This document shows positions 26,309 to 39,519 of a DNA stretch of 64,000 nt, piece by piece. The notes under the pieces were generated by a model. It made no database searches. It saw nothing but the letters and a program-made list of their open reading frames with translations, and was not told the DNA's origin. Each line of letters starts with the position of its first letter. The stretch's first letter is position 1. A program made the position numbers and the translations under genes. This DNA is from Octopus sinensis (Eukaryota): contig NC_042997.1 in NCBI RefSeq assembly GCF_006345805.1, positions 132,990,001 to 133,054,000 on the forward strand, given 5' to 3'.

Positions 26309-27849
26309 TGAATTGCTTTACCAATTTCATACTTTTGCAAACACACAATTCGTTTTTGACTTGTAAGATTCGAAAATATTTTAGAACGAATTATGAGTTT
26401 AACATATTTCTAACTACACAGCTTTCAGCAATAAAATACACAGCTTTCAATATTCTGTAAGATTAGAAAACGTTCTATAAAAGTCTCAAATAGTGTATAG
26501 TCACAAACAACGTAATTGGAGATAGAAGAAAGCTTTCGTATAGCACTTTTTATTTGGAATTATTGCTAATACTTTAAAGCTCTTAGACATCATTAAAGCC
26601 GAACAAATGCATTGCTTTTGACAATTTCAACAGGTAAAAGTAAATAATTATAACTCTAGTGATAACTGGATTTTTTTTTCCAGCAAACCCTGATACAGAC
26701 AAAATGCAAGAAGATTGACGCAGAGAGTCGCACTTTTCAAGATATGTGGGTAGAAAATTTTCTTGGTATACTCCCTGACAAATTTAGTTGTAAACAGGTT
26801 CAGCATCAAACCGCACTATGAGACAAATCATAAAAGATTCGGCGAATTTAGTGAACAAACATGGGAGAATGGAGTTCGTAAATGTTAGTATTCGAAAAAC
26901 AAACGTAAATTAGAAAAAAATAAATAAACCATTTGCTAATTATTTGGTGTCAAATATTGATAAGTGAAAATATCAAACCTTTCTCTAATATGAAATATGT
27001 TTTGTGGTCATTGCAGAAAACGTATGTATTGAAAATAAGCTTTTTCAAACACATCCTCTCTCCAAAAACAGCTGCATTGTGAACAGAAGAAATGTTATCG
27101 GATCTGAAAATTAACTTAAAAGACATCTGCAAAATTTTTCATTTTTTCTCATTGAAACATAGTGAGTGTATAGACGCTTAAAACGCATATCAGTATGCCG
27201 TGTTTGTACTTGGAGTAAACGAAACTTTTAACACTTTTGAGGAGTTTCTCCAACTGGTACGTACCAAGGGTACTTAAACCACAAGAACAGACATTCTTGA
27301 AGCATTGCTCTTGTATGCTATAGTTGTTATAACGCCACAAGCTGGCCCACGGGCAGAATCCTTAGCATGTTGAACTTAATAGTATTTCTTATGGCTCATT
27401 GCATTGCGAGTTACTTCTTCGCCGAGATCGACTTTACTTCTCGGGGTCGATAAAATAAAGTAGCAGTTGAGCACCGGCATCGATGTAATCCATCTGTCAC
27501 TCCAGTAAAATTACAACCCTAGCGCTAAAATTTGAAGGTATATTAGAACTCCTCGGCAAAGAAAATATATTTCGCCATTATATTATATTTTACTGTCATA
27601 GTGGATCGAGTGCTATTTTATTTGATGGAGCCTTACCACATTATTATGTATAGGTGTGTGTGTGTGCATACAACAATAATGATGTGGAGAATCGAAATTT
27701 TTTTCAAATACAAAAGTTTTATTTAGCAGTTATTTACAGCATATTCTCCTGACTTACACATGTTTCAACTGCAGTGACTGCACACTGTTGGATACGCAAC
27801 CTTGCTCGATAGTTCGGGCATTTTCGTCAGGGTCCTTCACTCTAGACCG

Positions 27850-27850
27850 T

Positions 27851-27897
<47 letters not shown>

Positions 27898-27928
27898 TAC
27901 ATATATATATGTATACATATATATATAC

Positions 27929-27959
<31 letters not shown>

Positions 27960-28007
27960 CATATATATATACATACATATATATATATATATATACATAC
28001 ATATACT

Positions 28008-28042
<35 letters not shown>

Positions 28043-28181
28043 ATACATATATATATACATACATGTACATATATACATATATATATATATATATATATGT
28101 ATGTATATATATATGTATGTATATATATGTATATATATATATGTATATATGTATATATATATATATGTATATATATATGTA

Positions 28182-28212
<31 letters not shown>

Positions 28213-28395
28213 CTATATCTATATGTATGCATATATATATATGTATACCTATATGTATGCATATATATATGTATATATATCTATATGTATACATATATAT
28301 ATATGTATGTAAATATATGTGTGTATGTATATATATGTCTGAATGTATATAGATATGTATGTATATATATATGTATATACATATATATATGTATA

Positions 28396-28443
<48 letters not shown>

Positions 28444-28490
28444 ATATATGTATGTATATATATATATATATTCATTTGTATATATTAATT

Positions 28491-28520
<30 letters not shown>
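27850..28520. repeat. (AT)n/(ATAC)n microsatellite
   Basis: Directly visible. Confidence 0.97.
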
Positions 28521-28521
<1 letters not shown>

Positions 28522-28523
28522 GT

Positions 28524-28706
28524 TTATGCGGTGCCATACCACGTTGGGTGCACCGGTTCTCGTTCGATCACCGAAATTAAGCAGCGACGAGCCTAGTTAG
28601 TACTTAGATGAGGGAACTTTTGGGAACCCCAGGCGCTGTAAGTATCTTGCAATTCCAAGGCAGTGCCCTAGGATGGCCATAGTCCAATGGCTGAAACAGG
28701 TACATG
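28524..28706 (+). mobile_element. 5S rRNA-derived sequence with LINE-like tail (SINE3-like element or 5S pseudogene)
   Basis: gccataccacgttg..caccggttctcgttcgatcaccgaaattaagc..gttagtacttagatg..gggaaccccaggcgctgtaag resembles near full-length 5S (to about 28643), followed by ggcagtgccctaggatggccatagtccaatggctgaaac. Confidence 0.8.
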
Positions 28707-28923
28707 ATATATATATATATATATAATATTTTTATATCTTTTACTTGTTTTAGTTATTAGGCTTCAGCATCGATGGGAGACGTTCTCGAAGAACTTTAGA
28801 TAGATTCTCTTTTTCAAAGCTTGGCGCTTATTTTATCGTTTTTCTTTTGTTAAACCACAAAGTTACTGGGAAATTGATACACCAACACCGGTCACGCAGA
28901 GATGATGACAAACAGACATTAAG

Positions 28924-28960
<37 letters not shown>

Positions 28961-29775
28961 ACACACACACACACACAAGAAACTTGTTTCAGTTTCCATA
29001 TATCAAATCCACTGAGGCTGTTGTAAGCCCAATGCTATTGTAGAGGACACTTGCCCAAGATGCCGCGCAGTGGATCTGAACCCAGAGCAACGTGGTTGTT
29101 AAGCAAGTTAGTTACCATGCCGCCACGCCATACACACGTACGCACAAACAGATACACTCGCACCCGCAGACGCGTGCGCAAATAATACTATAGAAAAGTG
29201 AAGAAAGAAAAACACTCCTATTAGTTGAAATAATATACCACTATAAATAACATTTTCAGGTGAAATATCATATGTAAAGTAATATGTTGTGAATGGAAGG
29301 TAGATTATGAAGGAGGGCGTATTGCCATTATGCATCGTTCTTCTAAAATACATGCATCCATACATGTATGTGTCTGTACATTCCTATATGTGCATGTGTT
29401 GTGTATTTGTGTGTGTGTATACATATATACATACATATATACATACATACATATATATATATATATATGTATACACACACACACATATATATATATATAT
29501 AATATATAATTTTTTTTATATATATATATACATTTATACATACATATATGTATATACCTACATATATATGTATATATACATCCATATATGGGTAGAGGAC
29601 GTCAAAAAAAAAAACGTGACCAAATGAAAAACAGGAACATGATAAAAGAAAAACATGGAAAACGAACTTTTTTTTCGAACAACGAAAGAACAAATAGAGA
29701 AACAAGACAGGCAACATATGGAACAATCTCTTCATCAGTTGTCCCCTGTTTTATCTACTCCGCATTTCGAACGTT

Positions 29776-29850
<75 letters not shown>

Positions 29851-30043
29851 GTGTGTGTGTGTGTGTGTTGTGTGTGTGTGTGTGTGTTAGTGGATTTGTT
29901 AGACGGAAAGTGAAAGAAGGCTTTGGTCGGCTCGAGGCAATAGAAGAAGATACTTGCCCAAGGTGCCACGCAGTGGGACTGAACCCAAAGCCTCGTGTTT
30001 GAGAAGCAAGCTACTTACCACACAGCCACGCCTGACACACACA

Positions 30044-30119
<76 letters not shown>

Positions 30120-30766
30120 AATATATATATGTGTGTGTGTGTGTGTGCGCGCGTGTATATATATATATATATGCATACACGCACACACACAGGGGGAGAC
30201 ATTGGGAGAGATTGAGATAGATAAATAGATACATAGACAGATCTAATATGTATATATATGCTTACATATTGAATATATATGTATATATGAGTGTAAATAT
30301 AAATATACATGCATATAATTACACACATACACCGACGCATTCACATATACGCACAAACACACACATCTATATATTGTATATACAGATTTGTACTAATGCT
30401 CGCGTACACTACATATTCCTCTGTATACGTATAGAGGTTTTTAAATATGTTTATCTGGAGATTAGATAATATACTGTTTGTTGCAGTGTTACGTTGCATT
30501 TGAATGAAAAGAATATTCAGTTACGTCGGGCAACAAATTAAGAAGTATTTCCAACGTTTATTTCTCTCACCACACTAAAGAGTGCCACTGAACTGTTATT
30601 TCCTGTTTCATCGAAACTTGGGAAATAGTGACAGTTGTTACTGGAGGTAATGGCGGTGATGGTATTGGTGGTGGAACGAGCGGCTGAGTTAGAGGTGGTG
30701 TACAGGTGAAACTATACCTCCTAACGTAATATACTTCAGCTTCCATTACTTCTCTTTCTTTCTCTC

Positions 30767-30808
<42 letters not shown>

Positions 30809-31200
30809 GTATGTATGTATGTATATATATGTATATATATATTTATATACGTCTCTTCTGTTTTTTTTTCTGTGATCATGGGTGGGTGAGCCTCCTCTAT
30901 TCCACCAACCAGCCAGCCATAAAATAACCTTCAATTCTTTTATTACTTCTTATTTCCGTGTCTAATTTTAAATACAATAGGTTAACGATATTTTATTGTT
31001 ATTTCAAGAACCAGACGATGAAATACAATATATAAGCGAACGCACGCGCACACACACATGCACACACACTCACACACACACACGCACTAACACACTTATG
31101 TGCGTTTGTGTGTGAGTATATATATATACACACACCTATGTATATATATAAATGAAACAACATGAGGTATATGTATATATATATAGATATGCATATATAT

Positions 31201-31234
<34 letters not shown>

Positions 31235-31358
31235 CAGGGTGATTCAAATGTCGCCATACATAAGAACAACTTATTTTTTTATAAGAAACAGTTTTTTTTA
31301 TTTAACTTCTCATAAAAAATAAACTGTTCGTATGTATGGTGACTTTTGAATCACCCTG
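31235..31358. mobile_element. 124-bp Tc1/mariner-type MITE
   Basis: TA|cagggtgattcaaatgtcgccataca ... tgtatggtgacttttgaatcaccctg|TA. Confidence 0.85.
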
Positions 31359-34017
31359 TACACACACACACACACACACACACATACACACATATAATGT
31401 GTGTGTGTATCAAATGAATACGTATCACTCTTGAGTGAAGAAGGTAAAAACGATATAACACCAGCCAGTCTGTCGTTTCCAGTTCAGTTTTATTGAATTA
31501 ATTTAACTAAGTTATTTTCTTCTTTATTTTTTATTATTTTATTTTAATTCTTTATTTCCACTTTGTGTTTTTGAACTGTTTCTAGAGAGATAAATATTTT
31601 TCAGAGAGTGTAGGATGTCGGACAATATGCTTTCTAGTATTTTTTTCGGATCTCAACACTCTGAGTTCAATTTCCGCTGAGATCAACTTTACCTTTCATT
31701 CTTTTGTGGCCGATTGAAGATCAATTTAATCGTTCAACTCTTTCAGTCGAAAGATATTTTAAACCTATTTACTTGAAGCAACTGAAAGAGACGGTGAATT
31801 GGCAGAGCGCTTTTCTCGTAGAGGAAGCTGTCAAAATGCGAAACAGCATTTACTCACTGAGTTCAAATCCCGCCAATGACAACTTCGGGTTTTTTATCCT
31901 TTCAGGATCGATGAAAATAAAACTAAGTCAATTTATTTTGTAGATGGTATCGTCGAAAACGTCCCTCAAAATTGCTGGCCTTGTGTCTACATCAGAAGCC
32001 ATTTTATGGCAGAAGCAATTAAAAATATTATGATCTGATATTTTTAAGGCGGCAAGCTGTACAAAATATTTAGCGGCATTTTGTCTTTCTTTACGTCCTG
32101 AGCTTACATTCCTTCAAGGTCGAGTTTGCTTTTCGTTATTTCGATGTCGATAAAATAAGCACCAGTCAAGAACTGGGATCGATGTAGTTGACTTATCCCC
32201 TTGCCCTCAAATTTCAGGCCTTGTGCCTATAATATATATATATATATAAAGATTATGATCGGGTGTTTTCTGCAGTGTGAAATGAAAGAAACAATAAAAT
32301 GGCCGACAAATTTCCTTGCAGCATTCCTCGTGGCCAAGGCGGCGAGCTAGCAGAAACATTAGCACGCCGGTCGAAATGCTAAGCGGTATTTCGTCTGTCT
32401 TTACGTTCTGAGTTCCGAGATTGACTTTGCCTTTCATCCTTTCGGGGTCGATAAATTAAATACCACTTGCGTACTGGGGTCGATCGAATCGACTGGCTCC
32501 CTCCCCCAAAAGTTCGGGTCTTGAGGCTAGAGTAGAAAAGAGTATTCCTGCTGGCTCTTTCAGTTCTAAGTTCGAGACCCGGTGCGGTCAAATTTGCATT
32601 TCGTCTCTCTTGGGTTGATAAAATGTAAATACTCATCGTGTATTGGATTCTAAGTTGCCGACTACTCCCACTCTTAAAATTACTGGCCTTCTGCTTGAAT
32701 TAGAAAGCGCTTTTTGATTCTTGCTGAGCTCTACAAGAGTTCTGTAGCTTCGTAAGTCTTACTTTTATATATTTCTTTACTACCCACAAGGGGCTAAACA
32801 CAGAGGAGACAAACAAGGACAGACAAACGGATTAAGTCGATTACATCGACCCCAGTGCGTAACTGGTACTTAATTTATCGACCCCGGAAGGATGAAAGGC
32901 AAAGTCGACCTCGGCGGAATTTGAACTCGGAACGTAACGGCAGACGAAATACGGCAACGCATTTCGCCCGGCGTGCTAACGTTTCTGCCAGCTTGCCGCC
33001 TTACATAAATCCACTTCTTACCGTCTTTTTAATTTAATTTTTGCTGTTGGGTTTTTTTTGAGGGGCGGGGCGAAGTGAACCATAACCTCCGGTACCCAGC
33101 TGGTTCATTTGAACCTTACGCCATATGGGCTAGAATAATTTTGGGAAATTTTCTTTTAAATTATATATGTATGTATGTATATATGTATGCGTGTGTGTTT
33201 GTACGTATGCATACTCTTTTACTCTTTTACTTGTTTCATTCATCTGAATGCGGCTATGCTGGATCACCCCCTTAAAGGGAATTAGTCGAATAAATCAACA
33301 TGCTTTGAAAGCCTAGTACTTATTCTATCGGTCTCATATGCTGAACCGCTGGATTACGGAGACGTAAACACACCAACATCAGTTGTTGAGCGATGGTGGG
33401 TAGACAAACACAGACACAAAGACACACACGCGCGCACACGCACCACACACACACACATATATGTATATATGTCGAGCTTCTTTCAGTTTCCGTCTACCAA
33501 ATCCACTAAAATATTTTTGGTCGGCTCGAGGCTATAGTCGAAGACACTTGCCCAAGGTGCCATGCAGCGGAACAACCAGAAACCACGTGGTTGGGAAGCA
33601 AGTTTCTTACAATACAGTATGTATGCATGCATGTATATTGTTGAACTTTATATTGGAGCATTTCTCAATACGTTTTAGGAAAGCGTATATTATTTTTTAC
33701 AAGGAAAGTATTCACTGTAACTTAGAATTAAGTGGATAACAATATGCATGTATGCATATATTAACACATATATATGTATGCATATATTATTATCATTATT
33801 ATTATTATCACAATAATTAATCTTGATATTAAGGAAGCTATTTCCGAGTCCAAGCGCGTAGTATATATAATGTAATGGATATGATTTAGAATAAGAATTG
33901 TAGATATTAATTTTAATAATTTTTAATATTTAGTCCTATATGTGCTTATCGTGGATAATGTCATTCACTGATGATTGAGTTGCTTGAGGGTGATTCTGTT
34001 TCCTAAACCTATCTATA

Positions 34018-34087
<70 letters not shown>

Positions 34088-34219
34088 GTATTCATGTATG
34101 TATGTATGTATATATGTGTATGTATGTATATATATATATATCTATATGTTTATGTATATATATATATATATGTATATATATGTATGTATATATATGTGTG
34201 TATATATGTGAAGTATATT

Positions 34220-34451
34220 TGCCATCTCAATATGGCTAACCACTAAGGGTGGATGTTACTGTAGCTTGTAGTCCCAGGAGAACATCTTCTCCAGCTGGCT
34301 ATTGACACACTTTCTATGCCCTATCGGTATTTGCAAAGGGAGGTCATCCTTCCCTCGTCAACCTAAGTGATACGCACGGACTGCAGTCTCTGGGTATTGA
34401 CCCGTCATCAGCGCACGACAATCACCGGTTTTCGATGGAAGGGTCCAAATG

Positions 34452-34455
<4 letters not shown>
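34220..34455 (-). mobile_element. Non-coding element homologous to the 12424 palindrome arm, carrying a degenerate hammerhead (H5)
   Basis: gccatctcaatatggcta, tgttactgt, cccagg..aacatc and tgcaaagggag are shared with 12445-12570; flanked by (AT)n. Confidence 0.65.
34373..34417 (-). ncRNA. Degenerate type I hammerhead motif (H5)
   Basis: Minus strand CGTGCG-CTGATGA-C GGGT caat ACCC A-GAGAC-TGCA-GTC-CGTGCG; palindrome ACTGCAGT; GAAA reads GAGA; stem I pairs with two G-U. Confidence 0.55.
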
Positions 34456-34505
<50 letters not shown>

Positions 34506-35119
34506 ATATAATTCATTCAAATAAAAAGGCAAGATCTAAGCTAACAACGTTACGATGTTCACTCTAAGTTTATGACTTATTACGTGGGTAAAACAGACAG
34601 ACAGACACGCACACAGGCGATGCCAGATTTTTTTGTGGTTCAATGTTGGTTTTTAGTAAAGTGTGCTTCGGTGATCGGGAGGTTTGCGGTTTTCGTGTGT
34701 TACGCTAAGACTACGTTAAAATGATTTCCCCACATGTTTTACACTGAATCGGAAAATTGCGCTTGTAGATGTGGTTTTGTAAATATGTTTAGATATCCTG
34801 TTATTGAGTTAGCGCGTAGTAGATTTGACAGGCTTCCCTGCACAAGGAAGGAAGCTAGTGGAGAACTCTTGTTAGTTTTCAAACATATGGATTCAACGCT
34901 TACATACATACATGCATGCATACATACATACATACATACATACATACATACATACATACATGCATACATGCACGCCTACATACATACAAATATGCATACA
35001 TACATGTGTACATGTAATCATGCATGCCTTCATGCTTACAAACATGCATACATATATACATACATATGTATATATCTGTGTGTGTGTGTACGCACACATA
35101 TGTACATGTATTTACTTCT

Positions 35120-37271
35120 CCCCTTAAACCTATGGCTAAGTACCGACGAAGTTCTAAAATGGTTTAACTCTCTAACTAATACTAGTAGTCTGTCCTTTAT
35201 TCAGTTCGATATTAATAGTTATTACTCTAGCATTTCCCCTATCTTACTCAACAAATCACTAATATTTGCCATGAATCGCTCCCTCATAACTAGAGAAGAA
35301 ATCAATATTGTGCTACTAGCTAGGAAGACATTTATTGAATTTGAAGATAAATTATGGACTAGAGCAGATACACCAAATTTTTTTGATATACCAATGGGTT
35401 CCAGTGATTCGGCTGAGGTAACCAACCTAGTAGGCGCATATCTATTAAAATGCATAAGCAAGGATATCCCAGAAATACAGGGGGGTCTATATAGGGATGA
35501 TGCTCTGTTTGTTATCCCTAGTAATAATAAATCTGTTATAGAAAGGATTAGAAAGAAAATTAATAAGTTCTTTAAGGATTTCAACCTCAGTATAACGTAT
35601 GAACCGGGCACTAAAATAGCTAATTTCCTAGATATTACCCTAGACCTTAACTCCAAGCTACATTACCCATTTAGAAAGGAAGGCGAAGTCACGAATTACG
35701 TAAATAAATTATCAAATCATCCCCCAAATATAATAGAATCTTTAGTAAGAAATATTTCATTAAGAATTTCAAAATTATCATCCAATAAGGATATATTTAA
35801 CTCCCATTCTGAGCATTATAATGCGGCGTTAACTAAGGCTGGATACAACCAAAAGATTACATTCGTTGATAAGGGGAACTCAAGTATTCCTAATAATGAA
35901 GTTATCAGTAATCACGTAAGCAGCAAAAAAGACCAAGCCCGAAATAAAAGTAGAATTAAATTAACGGTAAACGCTAATCTAGAGTACAGGCCCAACAATT
36001 CAAATAGAAGCATTGACCAGAACATAGGTAACTCGGATAATATTGAAGTAGATAAACCTAAGATGCACACAAATAAAAATAAAAATAATGGTAATAAATA
36101 CAATAACTCCGGTGAGATGAATAGTAGTAATTCTACGAACCCTAAATTTTATAAAAAAGATATATTATGGCTGAATATTCCTTTCAACTGTGCGATACAA
36201 TCGGATATACAGAACAAATTCAAAGTGATTCTGGAAAAAAATTTCCCTATCTCTCATAGATATCATAGAATTATTTCTAGGAAAACAGTTAGGATTTCTT
36301 ATTCAACCCTCCCAAATATGTCCACTTTAATAGCTAAAATTAAGAATAACAACATTAAACTAGCCAGGAAAGATAGAAATAAAAATAATAATATCAGCAT
36401 GAATACCAATAGCAATAACAATAATACTACCAACAATAAAAACAGCAATAGGAACTATCAAAACATAGGTGAAATTAGTAACCACAGAATGACTAATAAC
36501 ATTAACATTAATAGTAATAATAACAATGCCGATATTAATAGAAGTAATATTGTTAATAATAGAAATAATAGAAATAAGGCTAATGGAGAAAATAAGGAGA
36601 ATGAAAATATCAGTGATATCTATAACAATAATATGCAGTTGGATAAAAAGACTAACAATAATAATAACATTACGAATAATATAAGAAATCTTGGTAGGAC
36701 TTTACACCTAAATGATGAAACAGAAGGATCAATAAATAATAGCAATACTTTGGATATCAGCACCAACTATAGAAATGATAATCAAAATAATAGGAACCTA
36801 AAACATCTACCCAGGAATAATCCAAGGCCTGAAGTTGTTCCTCCTGTGTGTAAGTGTAGAATAAAATCAAAATGCCCGGCACCTGGTCTATGTAGGGAAA
36901 ATAATGTAATCTATAAATGTACCATATCCACGGAGAATAACAAATATTTTTACATTGGCTGTACAATTAATTTTTTAGCCAGAGTTAGAAATCACATCTC
37001 GACTTTTAAATTACGTCATAAAGCTGGTACCACCACACTTTCAAACAAAATCTGGGAACTCAAAAATAATAATAAAAATTATACCCTTAATTGGGAAATA
37101 GTTAGGAGAGCAATTCCGTATAAAAATAGTAGGGTTGGTTGTCAACTATGCTCCATGGAGACGTACGAAATTCTAAAGCATAGTAAACATAGAAACTTAT
37201 TGAATAACCATATCGAACTAGGTCAAGTTTGTGTCCACGCTAAATTGAAGACTTTAAAATATTTTAAATGA
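35120..37271 (+). CDS. Penelope-like element polyprotein, 5'-truncated: RT + thumb + GIY-YIG endonuclease (part of ORF 34734-37271)
   Basis: QFDINSYYSSI, DIPMGSSDSAEV, LYRDD (YRDD at 35490-35501), NFLDITL, SNHPPNII, WLNIPFN..ISYSTLPNM, CKCRIKSKCPAPGLC, VIYKC..YFYIGCT..RVRNH, CQLC..E, CVH. No stop over about 715 codons. The Cys-rich linker and C-terminal EN suggest a Neptune/Nematis-like group (clade call tentative). Confidence 0.93.
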
Positions 37272-38840
37272 TTGGAATATTCGTAACTAGATAGATAGAT
37301 ATAACTTGATTTCTACTAGTATAGCACTGCTTTAAGTAGATAACTAAGAGTTCTCACATTACAGTTATCTTTTTCCTTATATCTGCATCAGTTTTTTGAG
37401 AACAGGGAAATGAATAGTACTTATTCGCTACTTAATTGAGGCTTTATTTAATTTCAAACTCACAATTTTTAAATTCTTAATTTTAAATCTTAATTGTAAT
37501 ATTTAATTTTAATTCCTAACTTAATCTAATTTAAGTAGCATAACTCTAATAAATTATAATGAGTTACTGTAGCCCCATAATTCTATTTCAAAATTAAATA
37601 AATAAGGCTATTCCCTCGGTGATAATATGATTATCTTCATTATGATAGACAATCCCCTAACACCTTGTAAATGATCTTATAAGATTTGACCTGTAGTCAG
37701 TCAATGTATGAATAATAACGACAACTCCTTAAGACAATAAAATGAATAAATTAAATAAGTAAATTTTTAATGACTTTTTGATAAGATTATACTTAGATTT
37801 TCCTAATGTATTTTCTGGTGATTTTAGCATCTGACCCCTTAACCCCTGACTGTGTTATCTCTTTAGATTCTCTTTAAACTCATAGCTGATTTCAACAGCA
37901 ATAAATTAACGGTTTACTGGTCAAAGAATAATATTCTCCTCTAGTTCCTAGATGCCTGTTGATTAAAACCAGACTTGCAGTCTACTAACTCTTCTGTATA
38001 ACTAGAACCCTCTTTTTTTCTTTTTCTTTTTTTCCTTCTTTCCCTATTTCTTTCTCTTTCTCTTTTTCTTTTTCTTCTTCTTATTCTCTGTTTCCTTTTC
38101 TCTTCTCTTTTAGTCCCCCTCCCCCCCCCCCCTTTTTGCTCCCTCCTCCATTATTTTCTCTCTTTTCTTCTATTCCCTTCTCTATTCTTGGCCGCTCTAG
38201 AAAGCCCTTCAGCCTTTAAGAGTTAAATAGCTACAGCCTCTTGTGAATAGCAGTAATGTGATTAATGTGGCAAATACCTAATCATATAACAAGGATTGAT
38301 ACCTACCTCATTGTGTTCAACCATTGAAAATTTATCGCCTGTGAATATGAAATTCATCTCCATTTCTCTGGAAATTTACATCTACACCATTGGAATTTGT
38401 GCATCTATACAAAGGATTAATTCACCCTCTCTGTAATGCTAATAAGCAGGAATTGAGACCCACCTCGTTGTAATTAACAATGGATAAATTTGTCTTCTGT
38501 GAGTATATAATCCCTCATCATATCTATGGAAATTCATATGGATTAGGTCACCTTCTCTGTGATGCTATTAAAACTTTTTTAAAATTCTGTGATAAGACTG
38601 TACATCATCTTTAAAGAACTTTAATGAACTTTAGAAATCTGTTTATGTTACTTAATTATCTACATTACTTCATGAGTATAGCCTCAAACACTAGGATGTC
38701 TAGAGAACTCACATGTATTTTAGCTGATGAGTACGGGACTCGTTTATATGCTGTAATCTTTGCAACTTTTAATAAAACCTGTCCTTGTATGAAACGATCG
38801 TACTAAAAACCTATCCATTCTTGTTGCTTCTTTCTCGCGT
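37272..38840 (+). mobile_element. PLE 3' UTR/pLTR ending at an (AT)n tract
   Basis: 1.5 kb T-rich region with a polypyrimidine tract (about 38005-38190) and a terminal hammerhead. Confidence 0.7.
38718..38808 (+). ncRNA. Type I hammerhead ribozyme motif (H4) at PLE 3' end
   Basis: TTTTAG(38718)/CTAAAA(38803) stem I; CTGATGA 38724-38730; stem II GTACGGGAC/GTCCTTGTAT with long loop; GAAAC 38791-38795; perfect palindrome ACGATCGT; GTA triplet ending 38802. Confidence 0.85.
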
Positions 38841-38864
38841 ATATATATATATATATATACATTT

Positions 38865-38937
<73 letters not shown>

Positions 38938-39480
38938 ATATACATATATATACAGAGAGAGAGAGAGAGAGAGAGAGCCTGCGAGCGAGCGAGACATTTG
39001 GTACCAAAATTTTACGTACCCTAAAAGTACAGCATTTTAGCGTCATCTTATGCGGTCTGCTCCAAATTTCAGCTTTGTCATTTCGTGATCATATGTATCA
39101 ATATCATCAACACAGCATATGCATTCCACTTCTTTATGAATTGGTATCATTAACATAGGAGATGGAATTATCATACAGGAAGTAACATAGCGATCTTCAA
39201 GTCGAGCCTTAAGTCAAAGCGACATAAAGATGACCAGATTTGGAATGTGGCCGAGTCCTTTCTGTTCCGAGTCAGAGAAAGGATTCATTGGGTGATTTCT
39301 GATAAAGACGTGTCATCCGTGGCAAAGAGGAAAGCGGTATTCTCTGCAGTTAAGCATCATCAGGATGTCCGAGTTATTCCAGAGTATTGTAGTTCGTTTG
39401 AAGCATTGTGGCCAACCTTGTTCGCTTGAAGCATTTTGGCTAACCTTGTATATACACAATGATTCAAGCGAACTACAATG

Positions 39481-39519
<39 letters not shown>

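Noticed and set aside
34734-35119. First ~125 aa of the 845-aa ORF
   Set aside because: Unique sequence plus (CATA)n that happens to be in frame; PLE homology starts near LNLWLSTDEVLKWF. It is probably not a real N-terminus.
39050-39430. Minus-strand ECICC peptide
   Set aside because: Surrounded by stops in all frames; too little signal for a call.
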